A program made the position numbers and the translations under genes. DNA of 64,000 bases. Source: Octopus vulgaris. Lineage: Eukaryota. Below are positions 27,202 to 40,059 of the stretch, in pieces. The notes beneath the pieces are model-generated. The model did not search any database, was not told the DNA's origin, and saw only the letters and a program-made list of their open reading frames with translations. The stretch is taken from contig OX597814.1 of the NCBI GenBank assembly GCA_951406725.2, forward strand, positions 83,948,001-84,012,000, read 5' to 3'. Position 1 is the first letter of the stretch; each line of letters starts with the position of its first letter.

Positions 27202-27686
27202 CATGGAAAAATGCGAGCAGGAAAAGTCATATTGTAAAGATTATAAACCTGGAAAAGTACAGGACAAGTTATTACACCTGTAAAAGTATAGGACAAGCTA
27301 TTACTTCCAGTAAAGTAAAGAATAAGAAACTTTTTACTTAAAATATTGCAGCTAAAATTAAAATTTGAATATTAAAACTTATATCATTATAGCTTACAAA
27401 TAACACTATACTTATTTCAGTAGAATTTGGCTAATTTACTACCTTAAATACAGAAAAAAGTGACTAATTAGACAAACTTACAATTTAAAAGATGAGAACT
27501 GTGAAGAGTGATATATTAGAAGAACTGGCATTCTTTGCTGCGATATTTTAAGTAAAAAGTTTCTTATTCTTTACTTTACCAGAAGTAATAGCTTGTCCTA
27601 TACTTTTACAGGTGTAAAAACTTGTGTTGTGCTTTTCCGTGTTTATAATCCTAAGAATATGACTTTTCATGCTCGCATTTTCCATG
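27202..27686. mobile_element. Fold-back / MITE-like element with ~150-bp inverted arms
   Basis: 27202-27352 is the reverse complement of 27537-27686. Confidence 0.75.
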
Positions 27687-28021
27687 CTAATGTATAAATC
27701 AGTAGGAAATGATTTGAGGAAAATTCGGCTGTTCTGTTCAACATGTCTAGTTAAAATGTAGAGTTCTCTTGTATTGGATCATTCTTATATATATGAATTC
27801 CTAAGAGAATATGGTGTGACTTGAGGCAAAGCTGATTCCGAAGAGAATATGGTGTAACTTGAGGCGAGCTAGTCGAGATACCATGCTGAGGCGCCTTCGT
27901 TTTTGTAATTCTTTTCCCATTTATTTACGACATATATAACACATCATCTACACCTGATAGGTTAAAGTGTTATATTGGTTATCAATGGAAGAGCAAAACA
28001 TAAATGTAATATTTTTCTTTT

Positions 28022-28150
28022 GTACGGGTGGCTGTGGGGTTAAGAAGCTCATCTTGCATCAATGTGGTTTCAAGATCAGTCTCACTGCACGGCATCTAAG
28101 CCAAGTGGCTTCTATATAGCTCCGGATCCATCAATGCCTTGTGAGTGAAT
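28022..28150 (+). mobile_element. CORE-like SINE, 5' part
   Basis: gtggctgtggggttaagaagct...cttctatatagctccgg...gccttgtgagtg. Confidence 0.7.
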
Positions 28151-28155
28151 ATGTA

Positions 28156-28560
28156 TATTGGGCTGACCAAAAAGTTTTAAACATAGAGCGATTTATTCAT
28201 TTATTCACTTAATGATAAAATTGCCGTTTAGTTTCAATATCTTCTGCTACCTTGTGACCAGATCTATTGCTCCCGGCTCAAATAATTTCCTGTCTCTACT
28301 GGTAATGGACTCTTCCAGGTGAATGTTTACACACTCTTCAGAGCTGATGATCTGTTCATTCAATTAATATTGAAGAGACCGAAACAGGTGGCAATCTGAA
28401 GGCGTAAGGTCGGGCGAATATAGAAGGTGAGACAAGACTTACCAATCAAGCCTCAGTAACGTTTGCCGCATTTCCAAAGGAGTTCAAAACATCGAAATCC
28501 AATCTGTTTTAAAAAGTTGCCATTGGAGAATGCCATGAAACTGTATACAGACCGACATCG
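28156..28560 (-). mobile_element. mariner transposon relic (C-terminal part and TIR)
   Basis: Minus strand LDW*VLSHLLYSPDLTPSDCHLFRSLQ (YSPDL motif); terminal tattgggctgaccaaaaagt. Confidence 0.88.
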
Positions 28561-29004
28561 TTACTCTCCTTCTCGCTCGACGACTTTACCTCTCTCCATT
28601 TTTGTCTGTCTGTCTGTCTGTTTCTCTCTCTCTCTCTCTCTTTCGACGTATATCACTTTCTGTTTATTTTATTGTTCTTTTTTTTTTACCTTCTATATTT
28701 CACTTCACACCTTTCCTCGGTTTTCTTTCTCTCACACGTCTCTATTATTCCTATCACTTTTCTTTCCTTCTTCTTCTCCACGTCGCTATACCACCTTCGT
28801 TCATTATTCCATTATTTATTCCATTATCTACTTCAATCCTCTCACCTCTTTTCTCACCCTTTGTGGTTTTCCTTACATCCATCTACGTCAGTCACTCCCC
28901 ATCTTTCCATTTTCTGAAGTACTATTAGTTTCTGTCTATGACACAGACTGAAAAACCAGTTGATCATAGAAATAGTTAACTGTATAATTATACCTGTCAA
29001 CATA

Positions 29005-29199
<195 letters not shown>

Positions 29200-29496
29200 T
29201 AAAAATTAAAAAAATCAACTGATTTGACCACAAAGCCAGCTGAATTTAAAATTAAGTATGCCTTTCAACAATTGCAAAAATAATTCAATGAAAAGAATAT
29301 AAAAATACATAATCTTCAACTCTCTAATAAATATCTTAAAATGGCAAGGATTAATGGCTTCTTTCTTAACTAGAAACACCTCCGTTTTCGCTCATAACTC
29401 TTAGAAGTCTGAAGGTTCAGCAACGCACCGCTAACAGCTCAGGCAAATAATGTGCATTCTAGCAATCTCCAAATAACAAACGGGACTGTATATATG

Positions 29497-29577
<81 letters not shown>

Positions 29578-30249
29578 GCGTACGCGCACGCGCTTAGCTA
29601 TTTATTCACATATAAACGAATGCATATGCATGAAAAAGCACTCGCAAATTCAAACACGTTTAGAACGTTCTCAATCTTTAATTTGTTGAAATAGAAGCTT
29701 ACGTATCGGCCTCTTCTATCAACGAAATAAATATCTAGAAATTCGCCCAAGAATAAAATTACAAGCAACATTTGACAATTCAGTGATACTAAAAAAACAA
29801 AACAAAAGAACAATTTACAAATCAAAACAATTTCCCATTCCAACATGCTTGAAATCTGAATTGAAAATAAATTAAAACGGTGTCCTTCATGACCAAGTCC
29901 TATTTTGTTGTGGCCGGTTTGCTTCAAATTTCAATACTATGGGTGTTTTCACTAAATTTAGTTTCTCGACATCCGTCATTCTATCATATCTGCACCATAT
30001 CGCCGTTTTTCAGTCCGATGACTGGTTGCGTCCCATGATCGTAACTTCGGTCTTTGTATTAGCCCTAGAATTTTCAACAGTTGTGTGTGGTGAAATATTT
30101 TCATAATTTTTCTTTTTATCTAACTATGTAATAAATTGTTTTCATGTAACTCTCTTGAATTTTGTATTGTTTGAAAGAGAATACATTATCTCAAAAATCT
30201 CAAAAAGAACCCCTATCTTTTTACAAAAAGCAACGATAAATCACTCACA

Positions 30250-30960
30250 GCTATTGAATGCATTCGCAGCATGATCACGCATCGCCTGATGTTCCATCAA
30301 ACCAACATGAAATAAGTGGAGACAGTGCAAGTGTTACAGTGCATAGGAACCAACTTTGATGAGAATAGGAGAAGCCAGGCTCGGAGTCAACCTGTAGTTT
30401 CCAGAACATCCAGTTGTCGCAAGCTCCGGGCCCACACGCAACATCAACTGGTGAAATGGCTTCAAGATAACAAGTAGGAATAGCAGCATTTTAATAAAGA
30501 CGTTGACTCCATCTTGGAAGTAATGGATATGAGTGATGCCGATCGCCGCTTCCAGATAATGATCGCTTTCATCATCAGTTTCGTAGCTGAAACGTTAGAA
30601 GAGAAGAAAGCAATGACAACTACTTATATCAAGCTTAATGGGACCATTAAAATCGATCAGCGAAGTTAGAAGATGAAAAGCTTGAAGTGAAAGTTCAAGG
30701 AGACGACGAGGCTGAAGGTGAGGAGACATCTTATGTATCTGCTGTGTAACCTGCGCAAGAAGCTCAAGAATTTGCGGAGTGCTGAGTAGCAAAAGAAACG
30801 GTAGAAGGAGAGGGCCAAGAAGGGAGCTGCTTTCTAGCAAACCTATATGGGTTTACAAAGCGACTGTCGGTATAGAAGTGCAGCAGCCAACTCACCTGCT
30901 TCAAAAGTAAGATCGACAGTCATTTCACATTTACCCTTGCAGATAAATCCAGAGATCAAT
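30250..30960 (+). mobile_element. HERO-clade retrotransposon relic, N-terminal region upstream of RT
   Basis: EKPGSESTCSFQN, QHFNKDVDSILE...DADRRFQIM and KERAKKGAA/ANLYGFTKRL resemble HERO EEPGPESPHSAQN, FDEDVDKILE..DVDRRLQTM and ERARKRAAFIANPFGFTK. Confidence 0.75.
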
Positions 30961-31649
30961 CTCAAAGTTCAGGTTATGAAACTTTGCATTTTATCGCAAA
31001 GGCTAATTCCTGTCGCAGTCCAGTAATCTGGCTGGCTCGCTTTTCTTCAAACGAGTGTTGTACCTCATTCGGATTTAGCAACTCCGTCCTTTTCTTGCAC
31101 CTTGTCATAGACGCCATCTGTACCTTAGCTGTGACTTTGAGGTATCGACGGCCTTTACTGTTATCAATTTCCATGATGTTCTGATTTCGATATCACCGTG
31201 AGTGAGAGAAAGAGAAAGAGAGAAAGAGAGAGAGAAAGAATGTGAGGGAGGGAGAAAGGGAGGAAAAGAGAAAGTGGGAGGGAGGGAGAGAGAAAAGAAG
31301 GGAGGGAAAGAGAGACTTTTGGGTCACAAAACTTGGTATTGCAAATCTATCTTCATCAAAGATCATCATATTTTCTTCTTTCAGGTTGAAAATAGGGAGC
31401 TTCAACACATTGTTTTGCCCATACTGGACGGTGTTGCTCTGCTTCGAATTAGTGCCATTCATTTCTGTTGGAACCTGACCGTGCGGTACCTATAAATTGA
31501 TTGAGAATGAAGTCAAAACAATGAAGAATTTTCACAGAACACTCGGTCATTTAAAGTTAAATAATAAAAAAGCTGAAATCAATCTTGTAGTATATTTTAA
31601 AGCAGCTTACAAATGACCGAAATTTAAGATAAAAGAGTATAATTAAAAC

Positions 31650-31749
<100 letters not shown>

Positions 31750-32361
31750 CACATACACACGCGCGCGCGCATTCACACGCTTGTATGCACATACTTGCAT
31801 GCACACACGCACATGCGCGTATGTGCATACACATAATCTTTCACGTATTCTTTTATTAATATTCTTTAACTGGTTTCAGTCATTACACTACAGCCAATCA
31901 GATGTACCATCATTAAATATTGCTGTAATATTTAGACCTCATTTTCCTAAGACATTCTCTATAAATAACTCGAAAGACAACAATAGGATATTTGTGAAAT
32001 TATGGTTATGCTCTCTTCGCAATAACCTGAGTACATTTAACAATTGTCTTATTTCCTCAAATACATTGCTTCCTCATCATCGATGATTTCCTCTAAATTA
32101 CTTCCTCCCAAGTACTTCTTGTCAACTACTTCCTGTCAACCATTTCTAAGATTTCTTTTAAATACATCTTCTGGTTGCAATGCGATTTTTTCCTTAGTCT
32201 GTCTGCTGTAATTCTAATTTCTCACTATGTACACTGTAGTCCTACCTTCGACGCGCTCTGTTATTTAGTAAGAAGTGGTACCGCTCAGCCTCAGAAAAAT
32301 GCTGATGGTTCTTAACGCTGTGCATATTATGACAGTATTTCTTTTAATATTACACCAGAGC

Positions 32362-32574
32362 AAGGCGGTGAGCTGGCAGAACCGTTAGCACGCGGGGAAA
32401 AATGCTTAGCGGCATTTCGTCCCTCTCTATGTTCTGAGTTCAAGTTTCGTCGAGGCCGCCTTTGTTCATCCTTTCGGGGTCAATAAAATAAGTACCAGTT
32501 GAACTCGGGGGTCGATTATATCGACCTAACCCCTCCCGCAAACTTGCTGGCCTTGTACCAAAATTTGAAACCAC
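32362..32574 (+). mobile_element. Deu/Nin-type SINE
   Basis: Full-length consensus match. Confidence 0.9.
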
Positions 32575-32575
32575 T

Positions 32576-33657
32576 ACTACACCAGGGTTGTGTTTTGGCA
32601 CCTACATTGCTCAGCATGATGTTCTCAGCCATGCTGTCTGATGCCTTCTGCAACGTCGACGAAACTGGTATCATGATCAGATTCAGGACTGATGGCAGAC
32701 TTCTTAAGCCGAGGAAACTACAAGCCAAGACCAAAGTGGAAGAGGGCTCAGTGCACGACCTCCTCATCGCAGACGACTGAACACAGTAGTAGAACATGAA
32801 CTGCTTTTCTACTGCCTTCAACAAGAAGGCAGAGGTTATGCACCAGCCTGCCCAACATAAGTCATATGTGTAGCCAACTATCAGTGTCGAAGGGGAAACC
32901 CTGAAAGTTGTTTGATAAGTTCACATACTTTGGCAGCACACTTTCCAAATCTGTGAACATTGACGATGAAATCGACACACACATAGCCAAGGGAAGCTCA
33001 TCATTTGGGGCGGCTACGTGAATCAGTATGGAAGAAGAAAGGCATTAGGCTGGCAACCAGGCTGAATGTGTACCAAGCAGTTATACTGCCTTCGATCCTA
33101 TACGCAAGCGAGACTTGGACGGTTTACGAACGCCACGCCAAAAATGCTGAACTGCTTCCACATGAACTGCCTGAAAAAGCTGTTGAAAATCACCTGGCAA
33201 GACAAGGTTTCACGCACGGAGGTCCTCTCTTAGCTGATCTGCCAAGTATCTGCACACATCTGAAGAGAGTGCAAGTTAGGTGGGAAGGCCACCTTGTTCG
33301 AATGCCTGGTACGCGACTCCCCAAGGTAAGCGCATGCAAGGTGGACTGAAAAAAGCGCTTCAAGGATGCACTCAAAGCCTCACTGAAGAACTTTAAGATC
33401 GACCCCGACACCTGGGAAACACAAGCACAAGGGTGTCTCGCCTGTCGAAGCTGCGTCAATGGAGGTGCTACCTCCTACGAACAAAACAGGATTGCAGGGG
33501 CACATAGAAAACGCAAACTGCGCAAGTCCAGAGTCAACTCCCAGCAGACCACCAGTGACCGACCAGCGGCAGAGGCTTCTGAGTGCACATCGGATTGATC
33601 GGCCACAGCCGGACACACCATGTCCCGTCCTTGGTCATCCTCGACAAGGACGAAAGA
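32576..33657 (+). mobile_element. RTE (BovB-like) LINE, RT C-terminal half and 3' end, pseudogenised
   Basis: QGCVLAPTLLSMMFSAML...IRFRTDGRL...LQAKTKV...DLLIADD; KFTYFGSTLS; FGRLRESVW...YQAVILPSILYASETWTVYERH; RWEGHLVRMP..RLPK; IGLIGHSRTH. Confidence 0.95.
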
Positions 33658-33674
33658 GATAATAAGATTACACA

Positions 33675-33830
33675 CAGGCGTAGCAGTGTGGTAAGAAGTT
33701 TGCTTTCCAACTACATAGCTCCGGATTCAGTCCTACAGCATAGCACCTTGGGCAGATGTCTTCTACTAAACTTCCGGGCCAACCAAAGTCTTGTAAGTGG
33801 GTTTGGAAGACGGAAACTGAAAGGAGCCCG

Positions 33831-33885
<55 letters not shown>

Positions 33886-34135
33886 CGTGCATGCGTGCAT
33901 GTGCGTATGTATATATCTGTGTCTATGATTTCTCCCACCGCCGCTTCATAACCGGTGTTGGTTTCTTTACGTCTTCGTAACTTAGTGGTTCAGCAAAACA
34001 GACCAGTAGAATAAATAAATACCAAATTTCAACTGAAATAAGTATTAGAGTCGATTTTTTAGACTATACCATTCAAGGCGATACCCAGCATGGCCTCAGT
34101 CCAATGACAAATAAGTAAAAGATAGAGAATAAACA
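33675..34135 (+). mobile_element. CORE-like SINE with internal (GT)n
   Basis: tRNA head, caccttgggcag core, internal microsatellite and cagcatggcc...aagtaaaaga end. Confidence 0.9.
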
Positions 34136-34640
34136 ATAAAAGAAAGGTACTTCTTACGCACCAGATCTTAAAGCTATAATAATCTTGGCATTTTATGTGG
34201 AAATAACGCTAATAATGAATTTATATAATGAAAATTGTTCTCATTATGCTTAATATCCATACCTAATATTTGCTGAAACTACGGTTTTGAAATTTACCTT
34301 CTTAAACTGAAAGTTTCAAGCTTACTAATGAGATGTTACTGAGTTTTCTCCCACACCACTGTCACCGTTATTTCCCTGTTCTCTTCCTCCATCATCTATC
34401 CGTAGCAAAGAGACCCAACAACAAAATATATCAGTTCGTCTAACTATATAAATATAGTAATAAAAGCAACACATCTTTCTTGTTATATAGTACCGCGTTT
34501 GTCCCGATCGAGTAGAACCATGATTAAAAGTATATAGTCAACGAAAGTGTCGAAGACTAAATGTTCTTCCACCATCTTTTAATGGTGCGGTATATATTGA
34601 AACAAAAAATATATCAGAAGGAGTGGTTGTGTGATAAGTA

Positions 34641-35055
34641 TAGGTGCAAGAGTGGCCGTGTGGTATGTGGCTTGCTTACCAACCACATGGTTCTGGGTTC
34701 GTTCCCACTGCGTGGCACCTTGGGCAGGTGTCTTCTACTATAGCCTCGGGCCGACCAAAGCCTTGTGAGTGGATTTGGTAGACGGAAACTGAAAGAAGCC
34801 CGTCGTATATATATATATATGTATATTTGTGTGTGTTTGTGTGTCTGTGTTTGTACCGCCCCCAACAACGCTTGACAACCGATGCCGGTGTGTTTACGTC
34901 TCCGTAACTTAGCGGTTCGGCAAAAGACACCGATAGAATAAGTACGAGACTTACAAAGAATAAGTCCTGGAGTCGATTTCCTCGACTAAAGGCGGTGCTC
35001 CAGCATGGCCGCAGTCAAATGACTGAAACAAGTAAAAGAGTAAAAGAGTAAAGAG
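34641..35055 (+). mobile_element. Full-length young CORE-like SINE
   Basis: gagtggccgtgtggt...gggttcgttcccactgcgtggcaccttgggcaggtgtcttctactatagcc...tgactgaaacaagtaaaaga; MIR-core-like accttgggca. Confidence 0.92.
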
Positions 35056-36565
35056 AAAAGAAAGAAAGAAATTCACTGCTATTTCTAACAGGTTGAACGA
35101 CCAGTTACAGGCTGCGTCGAAACGGCAATAGTTCTATAAAAACTGACAAGTGTCTTCTGGTGTTGAATTCAGCTTCTGTGAAATACAATGCCATTTCTCC
35201 AAATTCACTTGTTCGGGGTACGACAGATGAAGGAATTTCTTTTTCAGAGATTGGTTATAAGAACTGACTACATAATATCCAATCTGGTTAGAAGCATCTC
35301 AACTGACAACAGAAAAAAAAAAAAAGAACATTGTACTTTATCGACATACCCAAATATTTCACACCTGCAAGGAATATACTCAACAGGTATCTTACCCCAC
35401 TTATAATTTTGAAGGAAACTAAGATAATCCCGACTTCCTTTTCTGCTTTATTTTCTTTTTCATTTTTCTTTGTACTCTTAACGTTTAGTAAAAGATATGC
35501 ACGATAGTGAACCAGAGTCGACTTAAACATTACTTCATAAATGGTGTTTATGAATAGTACAGAAAATATTGTAATTGAAAAGATAGAAATATTGCAAATA
35601 TATATTAATTGTACACCATCTATATAAGCGACAGTGTCAATGTTGTAATAGAAAAAGGTAGAAATATTGTAAATATATATTAATTGCACTCTGTCTATAT
35701 AAATAAGATATTTTACGACCAACTCTTGATAATGTCTAACTCTTGAAAAATAATTGGTTTACAGGCTTAAATACACAGATTTGTGAGAGAGTGTGTGTGC
35801 TTGTGTGTGTAAGCGTGGAAATACTCTTGAAATCATTATAATGCTACATTCCTGTGTAACATTGTTTATTTAATTAAATTCCAGCTATACAAAAATAGCA
35901 TCTCACGCACAGACATAGGTATTTACGTATATCTCGATACAAAAATTCCCACCTCTTTCGCTTAGATCCACATTATTTTAAAATTATAATTATGAATTCC
36001 CAGTTTTCCCCAAATAACTTTAACAAGAATAATCCCAGCCAATCTCAGGTTATGGGCTATGTTTTTTTTTATCTGCTATCCTTTACTTGTTTCAGTCATT
36101 GGACTACGGTCATACTGGGTCACCGCTTTGAAAAAAAGGTCTCCTTCAGTAGTACTTGAACTCAGCGAGTAGAGGGCGAAAATATATACTGCCAGCTATA
36201 CTCTATCGACTCTGCAAAACTGACCATTGACTTGAGTCCTTTTCCTTGAAAAAACAAAAAAAACTGTGGAAACGTTGATCGGTTTTTTAGCTATGTGAAA
36301 GGATCCGATATTTTAAGGGTTAAATGAAAAATGACAAACATGACAAGCGTGCTTGAATCTGTCATCACTGTCTTGATTAGTATTCCATAGATACCACGAA
36401 GTCGCACCAAAGCCTCCATATGTAACAGAGTGAGTTGGAAAATTATTAATAGACATTATCATTGCAATTAGTAGACAAAATCTCTCAGGCTATATAAATT
36501 CTAAAAACAAGGGAGATAATTCCAATATCATCGATTAATCTAAATTTTTGGAAAATAAAGATATT

Positions 36566-36932
36566 GCATATTCTGTTGTGTCTGGGGAGAGTCATTTTCT
36601 TTTTGTACCTTATTATTTAACATACTCACCGGTAAAATTTCCACTTTATTTTCTTATTTTTATTGTCCTAAAATTTTCGTTGCCTCTTGCAAACCTTTTC
36701 AATAGTTTTGACTCTAAAATAGTTTTCTTTCTTGCTGTTCTGTGAGTCCTACCTATATAAGAGAGTCAAAACTTTTGAAAAGGTTGCAAGACGCAACGAA
36801 AATTTTAGGACAATAAAAATAAGAAAAAAAGTGAAAATTTTACCGGTGAGTGTGTTAAGAAAATGACTCTCCTCAGACACAACAGAATATGCTTCAACAC
36901 TCGAACTCATATAAAGAATCTTGCAAACCAAA
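36566..36932. mobile_element. Inverted pair of Penelope-like pseudo-LTR segments
   Basis: 36566-36715 is the reverse complement of 36762-36892; each arm has a hammerhead-like motif; the same family occurs at 4731. Confidence 0.65.
36765..36811 (+). ncRNA. Minimal type I hammerhead-like motif, U3-A8 core (mirror copy at 36665-36712 on the minus strand)
   Basis: gtc-aaaa-ct(a/t)-TTGAAAA-g-gttgc[aagac]gcaac-GAAA-a/tt-t-tag-gac. Confidence 0.5.
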
Positions 36933-38226
36933 TCCCAAAACGAAAGATATTGCAGTTGAACTGGAAAACTTCAATTAAGTGACATTACCATTGCAATTAC
37001 GCGTCAAAATCTCCCTTACTAATATTTAAATTCTAAAAACGACAAACAAGATGAACAGCTCCAATATCATTAATTAATCCAAACTTTTAGAAAATATAGA
37101 CAATGGAGTTAGGAGTGGGCCTTGCCTTGAAATTCAACTAATTCAGATTTCATCAATGAAGTCTCTTCCCCTGTCGTTTCAATACTTTCTCTAAAATTTC
37201 TGCTACCAACACAGAATTTTAAAATCCATTCTGAAAATACACTCTACCAAATTTCCACACACCTCCAATCTCTCTTCTGTCTCTAAGAATCGATTGTTTT
37301 CCAGCCCAAACCTAACAAAACGTTTCAACATTTCTTGTCGGTCTGTCTGTTTAACAGTCTCTCTACTTGTCTATTTGTCTCTGTCTGTCTATAGGTTTAT
37401 CTGTCTGTCTATCGATCGGTCTGTCTGTCTATCAGTTTCTCTTTTTCTCTTTCTCACTTTCTCTCTCTTTTCTTTCTCTTTCTCTCTCTCCCTTTCTCAT
37501 TTTCTCTTTCTTTACCACTCTCTCTCTCTCTCTTTGACTTTTTCTTTCTCTCTTTGTCTCTTTCACTTTGTCTTTCTTTTTCTTTCTCCCCTCTCTCTTT
37601 TTCTCTCCTACCTTCATTCCTTCACTTCTCCTTTCTCCCCCTCTCCCTTCTTCTCTAGCCATTCCTCTCATTTTCTTCCCGTCTGCTCATCTCTTACTCT
37701 ATCTCAATCTCTCCGATTAATTCACTCAATATATTTTCTTAAAACACTCACCAACCAATGAACTAACTGCCAGATATTCCCAGTAGCCATCAACTAACTA
37801 CTCTACTCATCCCGCTGGCTAACCATGCCTTCTATCAGTAACATGTTATTGTATTACGTTACAAAATATAATATAAACTTTCATATGAAAACACTGATAG
37901 ATTACACTATCATATGTTATATAGGAAGATAGCGTATCAAAGCATACTGCAACACACACATATACTCTTTTCTTCTCACAGTCCCCGCTCCCCCTCTGTG
38001 TGTGGGTGTACATACGTGTGCATTTATAAATATATCTATATCTGTATATATTTATGTGTATATGTATATATGTATATAATTTTATATTGACACACATACA
38101 CATATACATATATATTTGTATGTACCTGTATATATATGCGTGTGTGTGTGTGTGTGTTCGTGCACGCACATACGCACACACACATATGTGTGTATGTTTG
38201 TGCACACACACAGACACACGTATGTG

Positions 38227-38317
<91 letters not shown>

Positions 38318-38337
38318 GTCAGTCTGTCTGTCTGTCC

Positions 38338-38377
<40 letters not shown>

Positions 38378-38454
38378 ATATATATATATATATATATATG
38401 CATGTATGTATGTATGTATGTATGTATGTACGTATGCATATGTATAATATATAT

Positions 38455-38693
38455 AGATCAAAACAGTTTGATTCAGAATCTTTGATACTCTGAGTTTCAA
38501 GCACGTGGCTAGTCTTCGGCCATTGGAGTCTGAATGAGAGTTCGATTGAAGAGAGTCAATGTTTATTACTGGATGTTAGCCAGCGATTGGTCGAGAAAAG
38601 TCACGAACTCTCATTCAGTCTGCAATGGCCAAAGACTAGCCACGTACTTGAAACTCAGAGTACCAAAGATTCTGAATCAAACTGATTTGATCT
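38455..38693. mobile_element. MITE-like hairpin element with ~90-bp inverted arms
   Basis: 38455-38544 is the reverse complement of 38604-38693 with few mismatches. Confidence 0.8.
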
Positions 38694-38774
38694 TTACTCA
38701 CAATAAATTTGTTGAGTGCCCTTCCTTCGCTTGTTTACTCACTTGTATGTATAATGCATACATACATACATACA

Positions 38775-38808
<34 letters not shown>

Positions 38809-38819
38809 CATACACACAG

Positions 38820-38850
<31 letters not shown>

Positions 38851-40059
38851 GATATAGATATGATACACACATACGCATACTTTCGTACTTTACCTCGTAC
38901 ATCTTCACACACACAAACACCTTCCTCTTTTGTTCATTCATACATCTTTATAGGGCTTGAGAGTGAAAAAGCTGTTTTTACATGACATATGACGTAGACA
39001 TACACCCACCACATTGACCTCGTGTATCAACATATCTAACCACAAACTCCTATCACATCACGGGTCAAACAAGAAAATTGATACATGATCATCCGACCTG
39101 CTAGAAACACAATGGATAATTTAGTCCGAGGAACTCTATACTAAAGAAAAACACGATATGGTAATAGAATACCTTTGATCATGGATCTGCTCGTTCAAAT
39201 CTGGTATGTAGCTAATGAACAACAGCAATAGCTTAACACATGGTAGGCAAAGCAAACACTGGGGCCTATACATGGTTGCTTGGTCTGTTAGAAATAGCAG
39301 CCAAATAACACTCAAATCACGTCGCACCATTATAGAATAGAAAGACATATTTAGATAATGTAGATGGGATGGCCACGGCTGGAACATCTATGCCCACAAT
39401 TATACTTGACCAGTGCTTACCTGGGGCTAGACAACAACACATTATAGTTTTCTGTACCGAAAGCTTACCTTATTGTAGACGATTAATGGATATTTGTGTC
39501 ATTTGAAAACCTGTGAATTACAGTAGCAACAACATGCGACACAAAATACCTTGCAGTATGTAGCTATGTTCCTTCATAATCTGTATTGAAGTCCCATCGA
39601 AGTTGACATTGTATTTCATTTCCTCACAAATACAGTAAGAAAGTATCAGCAATTCGGCCAATTACTTGGAAAGCTACAAAACAAGATATGACGCTAAGAA
39701 GCGTTATATCTTGTTCTCGGCAAATTTTATCAATAGAAAATGATACTGAAAAAATAGAAAGTGCTACGAATCTGAAGTCAAGTAAAACAAGAAAAATTGT
39801 TTTATTTAGGATAATGTATGTATTTTCAGCCTCTCTTTTTTTTGTTCATATTCTTTCATTTATTAGAATAAACATAGTTATATACACAAGATCAGTGGAA
39901 CCGTTTGGACTCTCTCTTGACCACCCATCCTGCACTCATTGTTTGTTTGTTTCAGAAGTGAGTGGAGTTCATTGCAGTAATATTGATTCTGTCTTTCCTC
40001 ATCACCTACTTATAGCAATGAAACTTTGATGCTGTTTTGACTTTTCTCTTCAGCTTGTA

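Noticed and set aside
29860-30130. Possible Tc1/mariner N-terminal relic
   Set aside because: Only a faint LKFEA motif; insufficient to call.
35565-35702. Two-unit ~78-bp direct repeat (also the 38-bp pair at 27803-27870)
   Set aside because: Ordinary local tandem duplications without further structure.
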